A DNA stretch of 63,963 nt, filler included, from Thraustochytrium aureum (lineage: Eukaryota): assembly GCA_012862495.1 (NCBI GenBank). It is 9 parts of 6 records of this genome, joined end to end, with 100 filler letters (N's around TTAATTAATTAA, not from the genome) between each part and the next. Parts side by side here need not be neighbours in the genome. Positions count along the whole stretch, not along the records: positions 27,246 to 40,702 come from BLSG01000015.1; positions 40,803 to 46,196 come from BLSG01000018.1; positions 46,297 to 56,258 come from BLSG01000018.1; 6 more parts are not named here. The stretch is one strand, 5' to 3'. Every line of letters begins with the position of its first letter. Positions within the stretch are counted from its first letter, which is position 1. This document shows positions 35,801 to 47,068 of this stretch, one piece after another. The notes below the pieces were generated by a model. That model searched no databases. It was not told the origin of the DNA and worked only from the letters and a program-made list of their open reading frames with translations. The position numbers and the translations under genes are program-made.

Positions 35801-37436
35801 CGAGCTGGCTCTGGACATACACGGGCGGCTAATGAAACACGGCATGACTTGGAATGCAATCCCGGGGTTCGACCAATTCGACTTTGACGAGATCGCTGAA
35901 GATCCCGACTTTGGCAGTCTCTTACACGCAGAGCTCAACCACGACCACGACCCTGCCCAAGTTGACAACTCTATCGCGCAACTCAACGATGGACAGCAAG
36001 CAGTATTTGACCAGGTCGTCGCGACAGTGAATGGTGACATACCGAACGGTCGCCGCCTCTTCTTTCTCGACGCCCCGGGGGGCTACGGGAAAACTTTCCT
36101 TTACGACGCAATCGCTGGCCGTCTGCGACTTCAGAACAAGGTCGTTCTGATGGTCGCGTCGTCCGGGATTGCAGCGTATCTTCTCAAAGGTGGGAGGACC
36201 GCTCACTCGCGTTTTCGTATCCCTATCCAGCTTGACGGGGAGTCCTTCTGCAACATTCCGGCCCAATCTGATGTCTGTGCCCTCTTGAAGGAGACCGTAC
36301 TAATCATTTGGGACGAGGCTCCAATGATGCATCGACACGCGCTTGAGGCCGTGGACCGCACTCTTCGTGACCTCTGTGATGACCAACGCCGGTTTGGTGG
36401 TCGCGTGGTTCTCGCAGGGGGAGACTTTCGCCAAATCCTGCCAGTTGTACCGGGAGGAAGTCCTGCTGATGTTATTTCCGCAACTTTTTGCAAGTCTCAA
36501 CTTTGGCGCCACTTCGAGATTAAGCGCCTCTACGTCAACATGCGAGCAGCGCAAGACCCGCAGTTCGCATCCTTTCTATTGCGTATTGGAGATGGTCTAT
36601 GTGGGGCGTTTCGGGTTGGTGACCAAGACCCGCAGCATCCCGATCATCCTTTTCTGCGAGCTGTCAACGACATCGACGCACTTATTGCGGATACTTTCCC
36701 AAATCTCGATGAGAACTTTGCCGACGCAAACTTTCTTATGGACCGGGTTATCCTCTCATCAAGAAACAAAGACGTTGACGAAATCAACGAGCGCATCTCT
36801 GCAAAGATAAGAACCGGGGGCGATGCGAGGCTTTTCCGCAGCATCGACTCTGTTGACAGTCGTGGACCTCTCGGTGCCAATCTCCTCGCCCTCCCTGCTG
36901 AGTACCTCAACACCCTCAGCATTAGCGGCCTGCCGCCGCACAAACTCCAGCTCAAGGTGGGCATGCCCATTATGCTCTTACGCAATATGGATCCCGCAAA
37001 CGGCCTCTGCAACGGTACGAGGCTAATTTTGCGCGGAATTCAGAATAGGGTTCTCGATGCCGAAATCGCTGTGGGAGCCAATGCAGGCCAGCGCGTGTAC
37101 ATTCCACGCATGTCTCTCACCAGCAATGACATCCGTCTTCCGTTTACGCTGGCACGCAACCAGTTCCCTGTGCGACCCTGTTTTGCAATGACTATCAACA
37201 AGTCACAAGGCCAGACCCTGTCCAAGGTCGGGCTCGATCTCCGCTCTCAAGTCTTTACACACGGTCAGCTGTACGTTGCGCTCTCTCGGGTAAGAAGCTC
37301 TGCGGATATAGCGGTTCTTGCGCCGAACAACATTGTTCGCAATGTCGTGTACCAAGAAGTCCTTCGCAACAACAACAACAACAACAACAACCAACAACCC
37401 GCCCACATTCCTGCCGCGGGTCAACTCCCTCCCTGA
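32806..37436 (+). CDS. Helitron RepHel (HUH endonuclease + PIF1-family helicase), interrupted by an N gap at 34464-34631
   Basis: Zn motif CPHC..CCKNG; FITMTCNPKW; EFQKRGLPHAHILLW (HUH); YIHKYIHKG (catalytic Tyr pair); DAPGGYGKT; IIWDEAPM; AMTINKSQGQT; HGQLYVALSRV. Confidence 0.96.
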
Positions 37437-37871
37437 ATCGACCCCTGGGTTCACTTCGGGTGCTCTCTCTCCTCATTGCCCGAAAATCCAACCAGTGCCG
37501 TAACGCGCGATTCTGGTTCGAGCTCGGCATGATGGTGTTGGAGATTATCGAATATTGGCCTGGTACCTGACCAGCAGGACCTTTCATGAGTTCTATGCAT
37601 GCCTTTGTCTGTCACCACTTTGCCTGTACAAGTTTAAGACACCGCGCGTTTGGGGTTCGCGCGCAGCTCGGTGAAAACCAATGCTGACGTCCCCCACCAG
37701 GGCAAGCTGGGGACTGACAGAGACAATACAAAGAACTCCGCTACTACAACAACGAACAACACATTTGCGACTCTCTGTCCGACCTTAATCCTGAACGCAC
37801 GCACAGTCAATTTTCAGCCGGTTCGCGAAACACCAGAGGGCCTTGCCAGCGCCACTAACACCAGAGAGCTT

Positions 37872-37910
37872 GGCAACGCGAGTACCGCGTTACCCACTGG
37901 CAACCCCTAG
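37872..37910 (+). terminator. Helitron 3' termination signal: GC-rich hairpin + CTAG
   Basis: GGCAACGCG-AGTAC-CGCGTTACC (9-bp stem, one mismatch), 12-nt spacer, CTAG|T. Confidence 0.85.
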
Positions 37911-39237
37911 TGTACTCTACTCATGCAGCGCAGCGCAACGCCCAACCACATGACGCACAACGACAAGACGCACAACCACAACCAGACGGAGTAGGTATTC
38001 AAATTTGGGTTGGGTTGCCCTGGACTTGATTCGGAAAGAGCGCCGTCACGTGAGCAGTATCCTGGCAAACGAAAACGAGGAGCCGCGAATAAACAGCGCC
38101 TCGCGCGGGATCCGCTGTGCTGCCCGTTCGGAGATTGTTTTGTCTTGCCTTGGCCACTTGCAATCGCGGCCAAGCGGCCAGGCTTTCGAACGCGTTGAGA
38201 CTCTACTTGAGCACCGGGAGCAACAGGCCTTGTTGTCACGCGCACCGACAGCGCCTGCCAGCTCTGTGGAGGTCTAGGCGCCTACGTCTTATCAGACCCC
38301 GGGCGTTGCTGCGCGTCGTGCAGCGACTTGGCTTTCGCAAGTACTCGACCCGTGCAATCGCAGTCGACTCCCTAAGGGAGTCGACAGTGTAGACCGCATG
38401 CATTCATCCCTAGTCCACCTGGCACGCGGCCATCCCAGGCAGCACAGCATCACGCCAAGAAGCACGCGATCATCCCAGGCGACCGCGTGCTGCGGCCAAC
38501 CAGCGCATGCACGCACTAGTTTGACCGCGTGGCGAACGGCTCTGTTCTGAGGACGGTTGGGATCGGGAGCCCACCAGGATTACGAAGCGCCAACGCGGAA
38601 TCACCTTCCGCCAAGTCATGCTGGTCCAGCCTTGCCATTGGAGCAGCAGACCCGCAACGATCCGCAACAAGCACAGTACCGAAAGCAATCACCGCAAAGT
38701 AGACCGCAAGTAAACCGCCCGGACCTCGCCCGATCCTCGTCACAAGGGGCGTTCCCGACTGGGAGCGTCGCTTTTGATTGAGCGCTCTTGTCGAAAATCT
38801 GGTGTAGGCTCAGTTGCAAGCGAAGGCTTGGCCGCGATCCTAAGCGGCAAAGCAAAGCCAAATCCCGGAACGAAGAGAAGGATCGGCAAGAGCGGGAAGA
38901 AAAGTGTCGAGCCCGCTGAGCAGTTGGAGCCAACTTGGAGGAGTACTACCCAGGTGTTCGTTCGCAGTGCCGAGAGAGTGCGCGAACAAGCAGGGAGAAA
39001 AGCACGGTGATCCAAATTGGATGGGCAAGCTGGAGGACTTACAAATTTACAATGCCATGCCAGACAATCAAGCAAAGTAGAGTAACCGTAGCCCTCTTTC
39101 TTTTTTTGTTTTTGGTAAGTTCCTGCCACAAGAGCAGGTGAACGCGGTAAAACATAGTCCAAGCGGCTAGCCGGAGAAGCTTCTGCCGATTAAGCATGGC
39201 CCCTGCAGACAGAGCAATCGCAAAAAGGAACAGGGGT

Positions 39238-40541
39238 TCACGGTTGGCTAATTTTGCCGAATGCCTGATCCAAATCGGCGATAAGGTCCTCAACGTTCTC
39301 AATGCCAATGGACAGCCGCACCATTGAATCGTCTATGCCCAGCTTTTTACGCTCGTCGGCCGGCACACTACCGTGCGTCATGAGCGACGGCGACTCGGCA
39401 AGGCTCTCTACAGCCCCGAGCGACTCGGCGCAAGTGAAAGTCTTGAGGCTCTGCAGGAAGGTCGCGCAAGAGTCGCGCTTGGTCTCCTCGGAGGCAGTGC
39501 GCAGCCAAAACGAGATGACCATGCCGCCCCCGCTTGACTGCTTCTTGGCGATCTCGTGCTGTGGGTGGGACTTCAGGAAAGGCCAGGACACCTTGGCAAC
39601 ACGCTCATGCTGCTCGAGCCAGTGGGCAATGCGGTCCGCGTTCTCAACCGAGCGCTGCATGCGCACGTGAAGCGTCTTGAGGCCTCGCTGGCACATGTAG
39701 CAGTCAAAGGGGCCGGGCACCGCTCCAGCTGACTTTTGGTGGAACCGAAGCGCCTCGTACAGCGCATCGTCGCTCACGCAGACCGCACCCATCAAAACGT
39801 CCGAGTGGCCTCCAATACTCTTGGTGCAGCTGTGCGACACGATGTCGGCGCCGAGACTGAGCGGCCGCTGCAGGTATGGGCCCAGAAATGTGTTGTCCAC
39901 GGCGAGCAGGGCTCCGTGCTTCTTCGCGATCGAAGCGACGGCCGCGATGTCGGTGACCTCGAGGTTCGGGTTGGTGGGCGTCTCGAGCCACATGAGCTTG
40001 GCGCCTTTGCAGGCTTCGTTGACGGCGTCCGGGTCTTTAAAGTTGACAAGGACTATCTCCATGCCGTACACGGGCGCAGCCTGCTGCCGCAAGTACCGCT
40101 GCGTGCCGCCGTACACGTCATCGATGCAGACAATCTTGTCGCCCGTTTTGCAGACCGCCTGCGCCACTCGCGGCCGCGCCGCTCTCGTCAGCGCTGCTCT
40201 GCTACCGCCCTCAGTCGCGCGCGAAGAACGAAAAGGGCAGCCACGACTCTAGGCGACCAGAAACTTACGTGAACGACGCCAGCAAGCGCGGCGCAACCGG
40301 ACCCAAACGCCACGCAGTACTTGGCTCCCTCCGCAGCGGCCAAAGACTGTTCAAAGGCCCATCTCGTCGGGTTGCCGGCACGGGAGTAGTCGAACAGCCC
40401 GCCGGTCAGCACTCCGGGGGAGGCCTGCGCAAACGTCGTCGCCAGCGAGATGGACGTGACCACGGCGCCGGTGAGCGGGTCGGGTTCAGACCCAGCGTGC
40501 ACGAACGCCGTCTCCTTGTTCTTGTACTCTTTCGAATTCAT
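39238..40541 (-). CDS. CTH: Cystathionine gamma-lyase (Cys/Met metabolism PLP enzyme), two exons (intron 40159-40268)
   Basis: YSRAGNPTR, DVYGGT, WLETPTNP, VDNTF, PLP-Lys motif SCTKSIGGHSD, AESLGAVESL, VRLSIGIE; the GTAAGT..CTGAC..CAG intron joins VVH|AVCKTGDK. Confidence 0.93.
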
Positions 40542-41117
40542 CTCGTCGACGCAATTGCCCAGCCGCCTCCCGCTTTCCCTCACTCTCACTGCGCAGCTCG
40601 CCGTCAGCCCACCGAACCAACCGCCCGACTCCGCTCGCCGCGCCGGCCACAGGCGGTGGTGGGAAGAAACGGTCTGCACCAAAACAAAAGCACAATGGAA
40701 CANNNNNNNNNNNNNNNNNNNNNNNNNNNNNNNNNNNNNNNNNNNNTTAATTAATTAANNNNNNNNNNNNNNNNNNNNNNNNNNNNNNNNNNNNNNNNNN
40801 NNCCCACGGCCCCGATCGGTAATGCTCTCCCCCTACATACCTACTGAACATCGTTTCGCTCCTTCTGTTCACCCCCAGTTGCCAAACGCGGCCCAAACGG
40901 CACGGCTCGCAGTTGCGAGTCGTGGGACCGCCCGGCAGGCGCGCCCGCCTGCTCGCTGCCGGCCTCAGCTTGCCCTGGCGGCCTCTCTCCAGAGCTCTAG
41001 CTCTCTAGAGTAGAGCCAGAGAGCTCTCTTGATACCCAGAGGCCTCTCGAGAGCGAAGTAGGCGCGCGAGCTGGCCGCCTCGTCTTCCGCGCGGTCAGCA
41101 GGCGCCCTCCAAGTCGC

Positions 41118-42900
41118 ATGGATGGCACCGGAGCGAGGCGCGCTGCGGCCGCAGAGCCTGATGGCTCGCACAGGGCCAAAGGAGCGCACAAGGCGAAGGC
41201 CGGGAGGTCGGCCAAGGCGGCGCGGTCGAGGTCGAGGTCGAGAGAAGAGCGCGACCGCCGAAGGCGTCGCCACGGCAAGCTCGACCGCGAGCGGCCAAAG
41301 TCCACCGCGAGCGGCAGGGGAGCCGCAGAGACGGAGGACGATCGGGGCTGGGCGGCTGCGCTGTTCGGCGACAGCACCCTTGCCGCGCTCAGGGCGACGA
41401 CTGGCGAGCCTGTCGACGCCGGGCCGCGCGCAAGCGAGCTCGAGGAGATCCAGCGCTCCGTGGAGCGGCTTCGCGCGCAGCGCGCCCTGGTTGAGAGGAT
41501 CCGCGAGGACGCCGAGATGAAGGACCACCGGATCCAGGAGCTCGAGGCCCTCGTGCAGCGGCTGAGGTCGCGCATGTCGCAGGAAGCCCTGGAGGCGCTC
41601 GAGCGCGAACGCGACCTGCGCACCAAGCTGCTAGCCGCCGAGCAGAGCACGAGCCAGAGCCGCGAGGCGGACGCCGCGCTGACCGCAGAGCTCAAGCGCC
41701 TGCTCGGCGAGGCGCAGCACGCCGAGAACGACCTGCGCTGCGACCTCGCTCGCGCGCAGGCCGAGTTCGAGGAGCACCGCTCTGCGGCGGAGGCGCGCAG
41801 CGAGGAGCTCGAAAAGCAAAACGCCGGCCTCCGCCGCCAGGTCGACCAGCTAGAGGACCAAATCGCCAGCCTGCGCCAAGTATTGAGCGAGAAGGCTCGC
41901 CAGGTCCACGCAATGGAGGCCGCCCAGATAGAAGCCAGCAAAGGCCACGCCAAGCGCTCGCACGACCTCGAGCGCGAGCTGAGCGCGCAGCGCAGCGCGG
42001 CCCTGGCCCTCCGCGACCGCGTAGACTCGCTCTCCGCCGTGCACAACAAGCAAAAGGAGATCATTCGCGCCCGAGAGGCCGCCATCGCGGAGGCCGAAAC
42101 GCGGGAGGGCCTCCTGCAGAGCACGATCGCCCAGCTCGAGGAGAATGCGCAGCTCCTCCGCACCCAGCTCTCGACATCGCAGCAGGGGGACCACGGCCTG
42201 CGCCGCCTCCTGGAGGCCAAATCCAAACAGCTCGAGGAGGCAGAGCGCGCGGCAGACCGCCTTCGCCAGGAACTGGTGCGCGCCCAGTTTGAGTCGCGCA
42301 CTTGCTCAAGCGACGTCTCCAAAACGCGGGAGGACCGCGCCGAGTACGAGCACAGCCTGCACAAGGCGAGCGTGCACCGCCAGCGGATGGAGGTCCAGCT
42401 CAAGACGCTCTCCGTCAAGGTCCAGGAGCTGCAGTCGCAGCTCGTGCAGGAAATGGCAACCAACGCCGCCCTGGGCCGCCAACTCAGCGAGGAGCGCTCG
42501 TCCCGCAACAAGACCAGCAAGCAACGACTCGACATCCTGTCCCAATTCTACGAAGAGGAAAACAAGCTCAAGGAGACCCTCGACCACCCGCTCTTTCAAG
42601 GGGCGCGCGCGCGCTCCGCGCTGGCGGGGACGGGGAGGGGGACGGGTCCGAGCTGGCTTGGGCAGCCCGCAGCATCGACGGGGGCGTCAACGGGGGCGGG
42701 TCGGCCCCTCCTGGCGCGCGAGCTGGGCCTCTCGACCCGGCTGCGCGGACGCGCCAGCGGGAGCAGTCGCACGAATATCTACTCGCCCAGCGCAGCGTCT
42801 GCCTCCTCCTCGTCGTCATCATCGTCGTCGTCATCGTCGGCCTCGGCCTCGGCCTCCACGGCTGGGTCCAGCTCTGCCTCGCCGAGCGTTCGCAGCGAAC
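41118..42900 (+). CDS. Long coiled-coil protein; true C-terminus uncertain (ORF runs to 43448, overlapping the pICln gene)
   Basis: ~400 aa of E/R/Q/L/A-rich heptad-like sequence. Confidence 0.7.
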
Positions 42901-43263
42901 GCGGGACAGAGCGAGCCGCGGCAGCGCGCAATTGCGAGCCGGTCGACGCGCTGGCCGCGTCGCTCGCGTCCATTGGCGCCTACCTCGGTTCCAGGACGAG
43001 GACGGCTGGGGCGGGCGAGGGCTGGGGGCTGGGATGCGAGCGCCTGCGGTGGCGCTCAAGACGACGGTGGCGAGCCGCGCGGGGCGGCACGGCGGCCGAA
43101 AGCTGGCCAAGGGAACCGGCCGGGCGGACGCCGGCCGGGCGCGCAAGAAGGGGAAGCGGCGCGTTCTCAAGTAGCCTCTGCTCTGTAGCGAGCTGTGGGA
43201 CGAAAGTGGACTCAAATAAGGCCTGTCATGTGAACCTCTCTCGCCGTCTCTCTCCGCGACCCT

Positions 43264-44195
43264 TTACTTGCAAGTGCTTTTCAAAGCGTCTGCCTCGATG
43301 TGCGGTGCCGGCGCCGGAGGGGGGCCGCTTGGCTCCTCCGGCGCAAACTTCATATACACTGGCTCGTCGGCATCGTGGACAAACTGGTCTGGCTCCTGCA
43401 AGAGCGAGTCCCAGTGCGCCAGCTTGGCGGAAACCTCATCCTCGCTGAGCGCAAGGCCCGCGAGCCCAGGCTGCAGGGCATCGACGCCGTCGCTTCCAAA
43501 GCCGCCAGCGCGTGCATATCCGAGCACCTCAAGCCCGTCGCCATCCAGAGATCCCTCAAGCCCGTCGCCATCCAGAGATCCCTCCGCCGGCGTGGCCCCG
43601 AACGAGAACGCGGCACCAAAGCTCGGAGGATAGCTCTCGTCGTCCTCGTCCTGCTCGGAGGGCGGGTGCAGCGCGGCCCCTTGCGAAAGTGCAGCGAAGA
43701 TCCCTTCGACAGCGTCGGCAGAGTCCGGGGTCAGCTTGATCTCGTCAAACTCCGCGTCCTCCTCCGCGTCCTCCTCGACGACTTGGCAGTACCGCAGGGC
43801 CTGTCCGCAAACGCCTCGTCCTTGCATATCGCGTGCATGTTGAGTGCAGAGTAAGCAAACCAGACGCCCACGGAGGCGCGGCCCGCGCCCGCCTTGGCCG
43901 CGACCCAGGCAACCCGTTCCGTTGTCACGACGAGCGTGCCTTCTTGGTCCCGAAAGCCCGCTCCTGCGCCCTCGTGGGCGCCATCCACGGCGAGCCGCGT
44001 CCGCTCGCCCACGAACAGCACGCGCTCCGCACCATCCGCACCATCCGCGATCTCCGCGACCTCCGCGACGTCCACGACCTCCACGACGTCCACGACGTCC
44101 ACGACCTCCACGACGTCCACGACCTGCTCGCTGTCCTCCGCCGCGGCGCGCAGGGCAGCGGCGAGCGGCGCGTCCAGCGCCTCGAGCGCCTGCAT
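43264..44195 (-). CDS. CLNS1A: pICln / methylosome subunit (CLNS1A-like), apparent 1-nt frameshift near 43792
   Basis: GTLVVTTERVAW...YSALNMHAICKD...RPC joined to YCQV..acidic..EIKLTPDSADAVEGIFAALSQGAALHPP. Confidence 0.8.
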
Positions 44196-45097
44196 CTCTG
44201 GAGGCCCCGGAGGTATCGATGGNNNNNNNNNNNNNNNNNNNNNNNNNNNNNNNNNNNNNNNNNNNNNNNNNNNNNNNNNNNNNNNNNNNNNNNNNNNNNN
44301 NNNNNNNNNNNNNNNNNNNNNNNNNNNNNNNNNNNNNNNNNNNNNNNNNNNNNNNNNNNNNNNNNNNNNNNNNNNNNNNNNNNNNNNNNNNNNNNNNNNN
44401 NNNNNNNNNNNNNNNNNNNNNNNNNNNNNNNNNNNNNNNNNNNNNNNNNNNNNNNNNNNNNNNNNNNNNNNNNNNNNNNNNNNNNNNNNNNNNNNNNNNN
44501 NNNNNNNNNNNNNNNNNNNNNNNNNNNNNNNNNNNNNNNNNNNNNNNNNNNNNNNNNNNNNNNNNNNNNNNNNNNNNNNNNNNNNNNNNNNNNNNNNNNN
44601 NNNNNNNNNNNNNNNNNNNNNNNNNNNNNNNNNNNNNNNNNNNNNNNNNNNNNNNNNNNNNNNNNNNNNNNNNNNNNNNNNNNNNNNNNNNNNNNNNNNN
44701 NNNNNNNNNNNNNNNNNNNNNNNNNNNATTTTGGCGCCCTACATGTCGATTGACTTTGACAACGTCTCGATCTTGGACAGCAGCTGAGCGCTGAGGTGAG
44801 CGCTGAGATTGAGCTGGCCTGTTTTGGGATTGAACAGGCCTGCCTTGGGGGGCTGGGGTCGAGCAAGTCTTACTCATCAGTACCACACCGATTGACGGGT
44901 GGTGGTGGAGGTGAGTTTATGAGTCTGGGCTCTGCGCTCTGCGCTGGCTCGGTCTTGCAATCAGAACAGAATAGATCGATAGAGTAGATAGAAGAATGCT
45001 TGTGTCAGAAGTAAGTACAGTATGGTTGATTGAGCAGGCAGGAAGGTACGTGGCGGGTCGCGGCGGAAGAAAAACAAGGCGCGCGGACAAGCGTGGC

Positions 45098-46012
45098 CTA
45101 TGCGTGCCTCTGCTGCCGAAGGGCAGCGGCCTCAACCAACGACGCCAGTGCCCCAGAATCTGCGCCGCCGACTGGTCGAAACTTTTTCGCTGCCACCTCG
45201 GTGGCGGCATAGTGGTCTGGCCCAGTGTTGGCGCGCTTATTCGCCCTACACGCCGGGCCGTTCTTGGGCGGGCCGCGTGGCGGGACAATCGTGCGGGTCG
45301 TGTTCTGGGCGTGGAGGTCAGCGCCCGAGGTATTCGACCGAATGGTGCTGCCAGAGGTGGAGCGGGAGAAGTTTTTGTCCGAGTCGACCTGGGCACGGAA
45401 AGACCGCAGGCGGCCCGCGCTCAGCCCGGGGCTAAGCGTCCCGGTGGCTTTGATGTGCTCGTACTCCAGCTCCATGATTTCGAGGCCGCGCTTTAGCGTG
45501 GTGTGGTGCGAAAAGGGCTGGTCGTCCACCATCTTCATCATGTACTTGTCGCGTGTCTTGTACCCAGTCAGCTTGTCGTGCTTCTTGAGGATCTTGGTGA
45601 ATCCAACGTAGTTCATGACAGCAAAGTTGCGCAGCAGGATCAGGCGGCCGTGGAGCTCGGCGAACTGCGTGAGCGTGTCGCCTGAGGCGGCCTCGCTCTT
45701 CCTGCTCCGCGGGCGTTCCAGTGCGCTCAGTAGGTTGACGAACTCTGCCATGGACCGACGCTCCAGCTCGGTGAACACGCGGGTGACCTTGCCGAGCTCG
45801 CGCTTGAGGAACATGAAAAACCTGCGCTCGTCGTCGCTTTTGCTGATCGATCGAGTCTTCTGCTCCTCGGTGTCTACCCTAGCGTTGGCGTCCTCGCTCA
45901 CCTCGAAAGTCTTGAGCAGCTTTTTCGACGCTTTGTAGTTCATCCAGCAGTCGGGGCTGCACAACGAGGTGGACACCGCGGCCGCATTCTGAATCTTCTT
46001 GCCAAACTTCAT
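45098..46012 (-). CDS. Stand-alone SPX-domain protein (phosphate/inositol-pyrophosphate sensor)
   Basis: MKFGKKI, WMNYKASKKLLK, FLKRELGKVTRVF, NFAVMNYVGFTKILKKHDK. Confidence 0.92.
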   Translation of the reverse strand: MKFGKKIQNAAAVSTSLCSPDCWMNYKASKKLLKTFEVSEDANARVDTEEQKTRSISKSDDERRFFMFLKRELGKVTRVFTELERRSMAEFVNLLSALERPRSRKSEAASGDTLTQFAELHGRLILLRNFAVMNYVGFTKILKKHDKLTGYKTRDKYMMKMVDDQPFSHHTTLKRGLEIMELEYEHIKATGTLSPGLSAGRLRSFRAQVDSDKNFSRSTSGSTIRSNTSGADLHAQNTTRTIVPPRGPPKNGPACRANKRANTGPDHYAATEVAAKKFRPVGGADSGALASLVEAAALRQQRHA

Positions 46013-47068
46013 CGCTCCCGCAGCCGCAGGCTCAGGGCGCCTCCCGCGCAACGCCACGCAGCACCTCGCGCCCTCGATCCAGTCGCCCAGCAGCCCAGCC
46101 GAGGGCCAGCAGCGTCTGCGCCGCTCGCAGTGCAGCTTCCCGACCAGGTCCAACAAGCGTCGTGCGGCGCCGCGGAGTGCGATGCAATGCGGTGCGNNNN
46201 NNNNNNNNNNNNNNNNNNNNNNNNNNNNNNNNNNNNNNNNTTAATTAATTAANNNNNNNNNNNNNNNNNNNNNNNNNNNNNNNNNNNNNNNNNNNNACGA
46301 AACCGTGACCAACTGCAAATTTGCGGTGGAGCCGGACTTGAAATGGTCTGTCCGTCTCTGTCCGTCTATGGCAGGCCTGACGTTCACGTTCACGACATCT
46401 GCTTTTTTTACCTGTGTGTGCGCGTGTGAAAACATGCGCGTGTGAAAACAGATCCTCACTGATGAAAGCTCGTGCTGAAAGCGCAAAGCCTCTCACGCAA
46501 TTTATCGTGTGTGATGTGAGCAAGCTTGAGGTGTGTATGCACACTCGCCTCACCGCCCCGGCTTGGCCTCTCTTCAGCGCACAGGCCACCCTCTCATCTT
46601 GAGGCGCAAGTCGCGCGGAGAGCACTCCACTCAGACGTCCCAGCGAAGGTTCTGAGTACCGTTTGGGTGGACAGCGTGAATGTTTCTTGGTTTTTTGATT
46701 GAAGAAAAGCACGCTCAGCTGCCGGCAAGGAGGATTGGTGCCGGGTTCTTCCCAACACTCGCATCGCGAGTACTTCCACGTGTTGAGAGGACGCTGGCTT
46801 CCAAGTTCACGCCACGCGGTACAAAAAGGTGTCACCAAATGTCACGCTTGAAAATGGGAAGCCTACCTACCTTCCCTCCTCATAAATGTGGCGGTGGTCA
46901 CGGTGCTGTGGCTGGCTTGTGCAGACAACAGAGGATGTGATGGCCCAAGCTGAAGCAGACCTGCAACAGCGCGACGGCTCGAGCAGGAGCAGGAGCAGGA
47001 GCAGTTGGTAGCAAACAACGACAGCGAAGGAGGATTGAAAAGGCGCACAAGATCGTGGGACGCTCAGC

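Larger units (their letters stand above)
32185..37910 (+). mobile_element. Autonomous-type Helitron (rolling-circle transposon); 5' end not resolved, probably in or before gap 31844-32184
   Basis: RepHel ORF, subterminal hairpin 37872-37894 and CTAG terminus at 37907-37910 followed by T; lower GC than host genes. Confidence 0.9.

Noticed and set aside
38292..39162. Short ORFs between the Helitron end and cystathionine gamma-lyase, considered as Helitron cargo
   Set aside because: They lie beyond the CTAG terminus and show no recognisable homology.
44040..44125. 9-bp repeats encoding VVDVVEVVD in pICln
   Set aside because: Simple in-frame repeat expansion; no evidence of special function.
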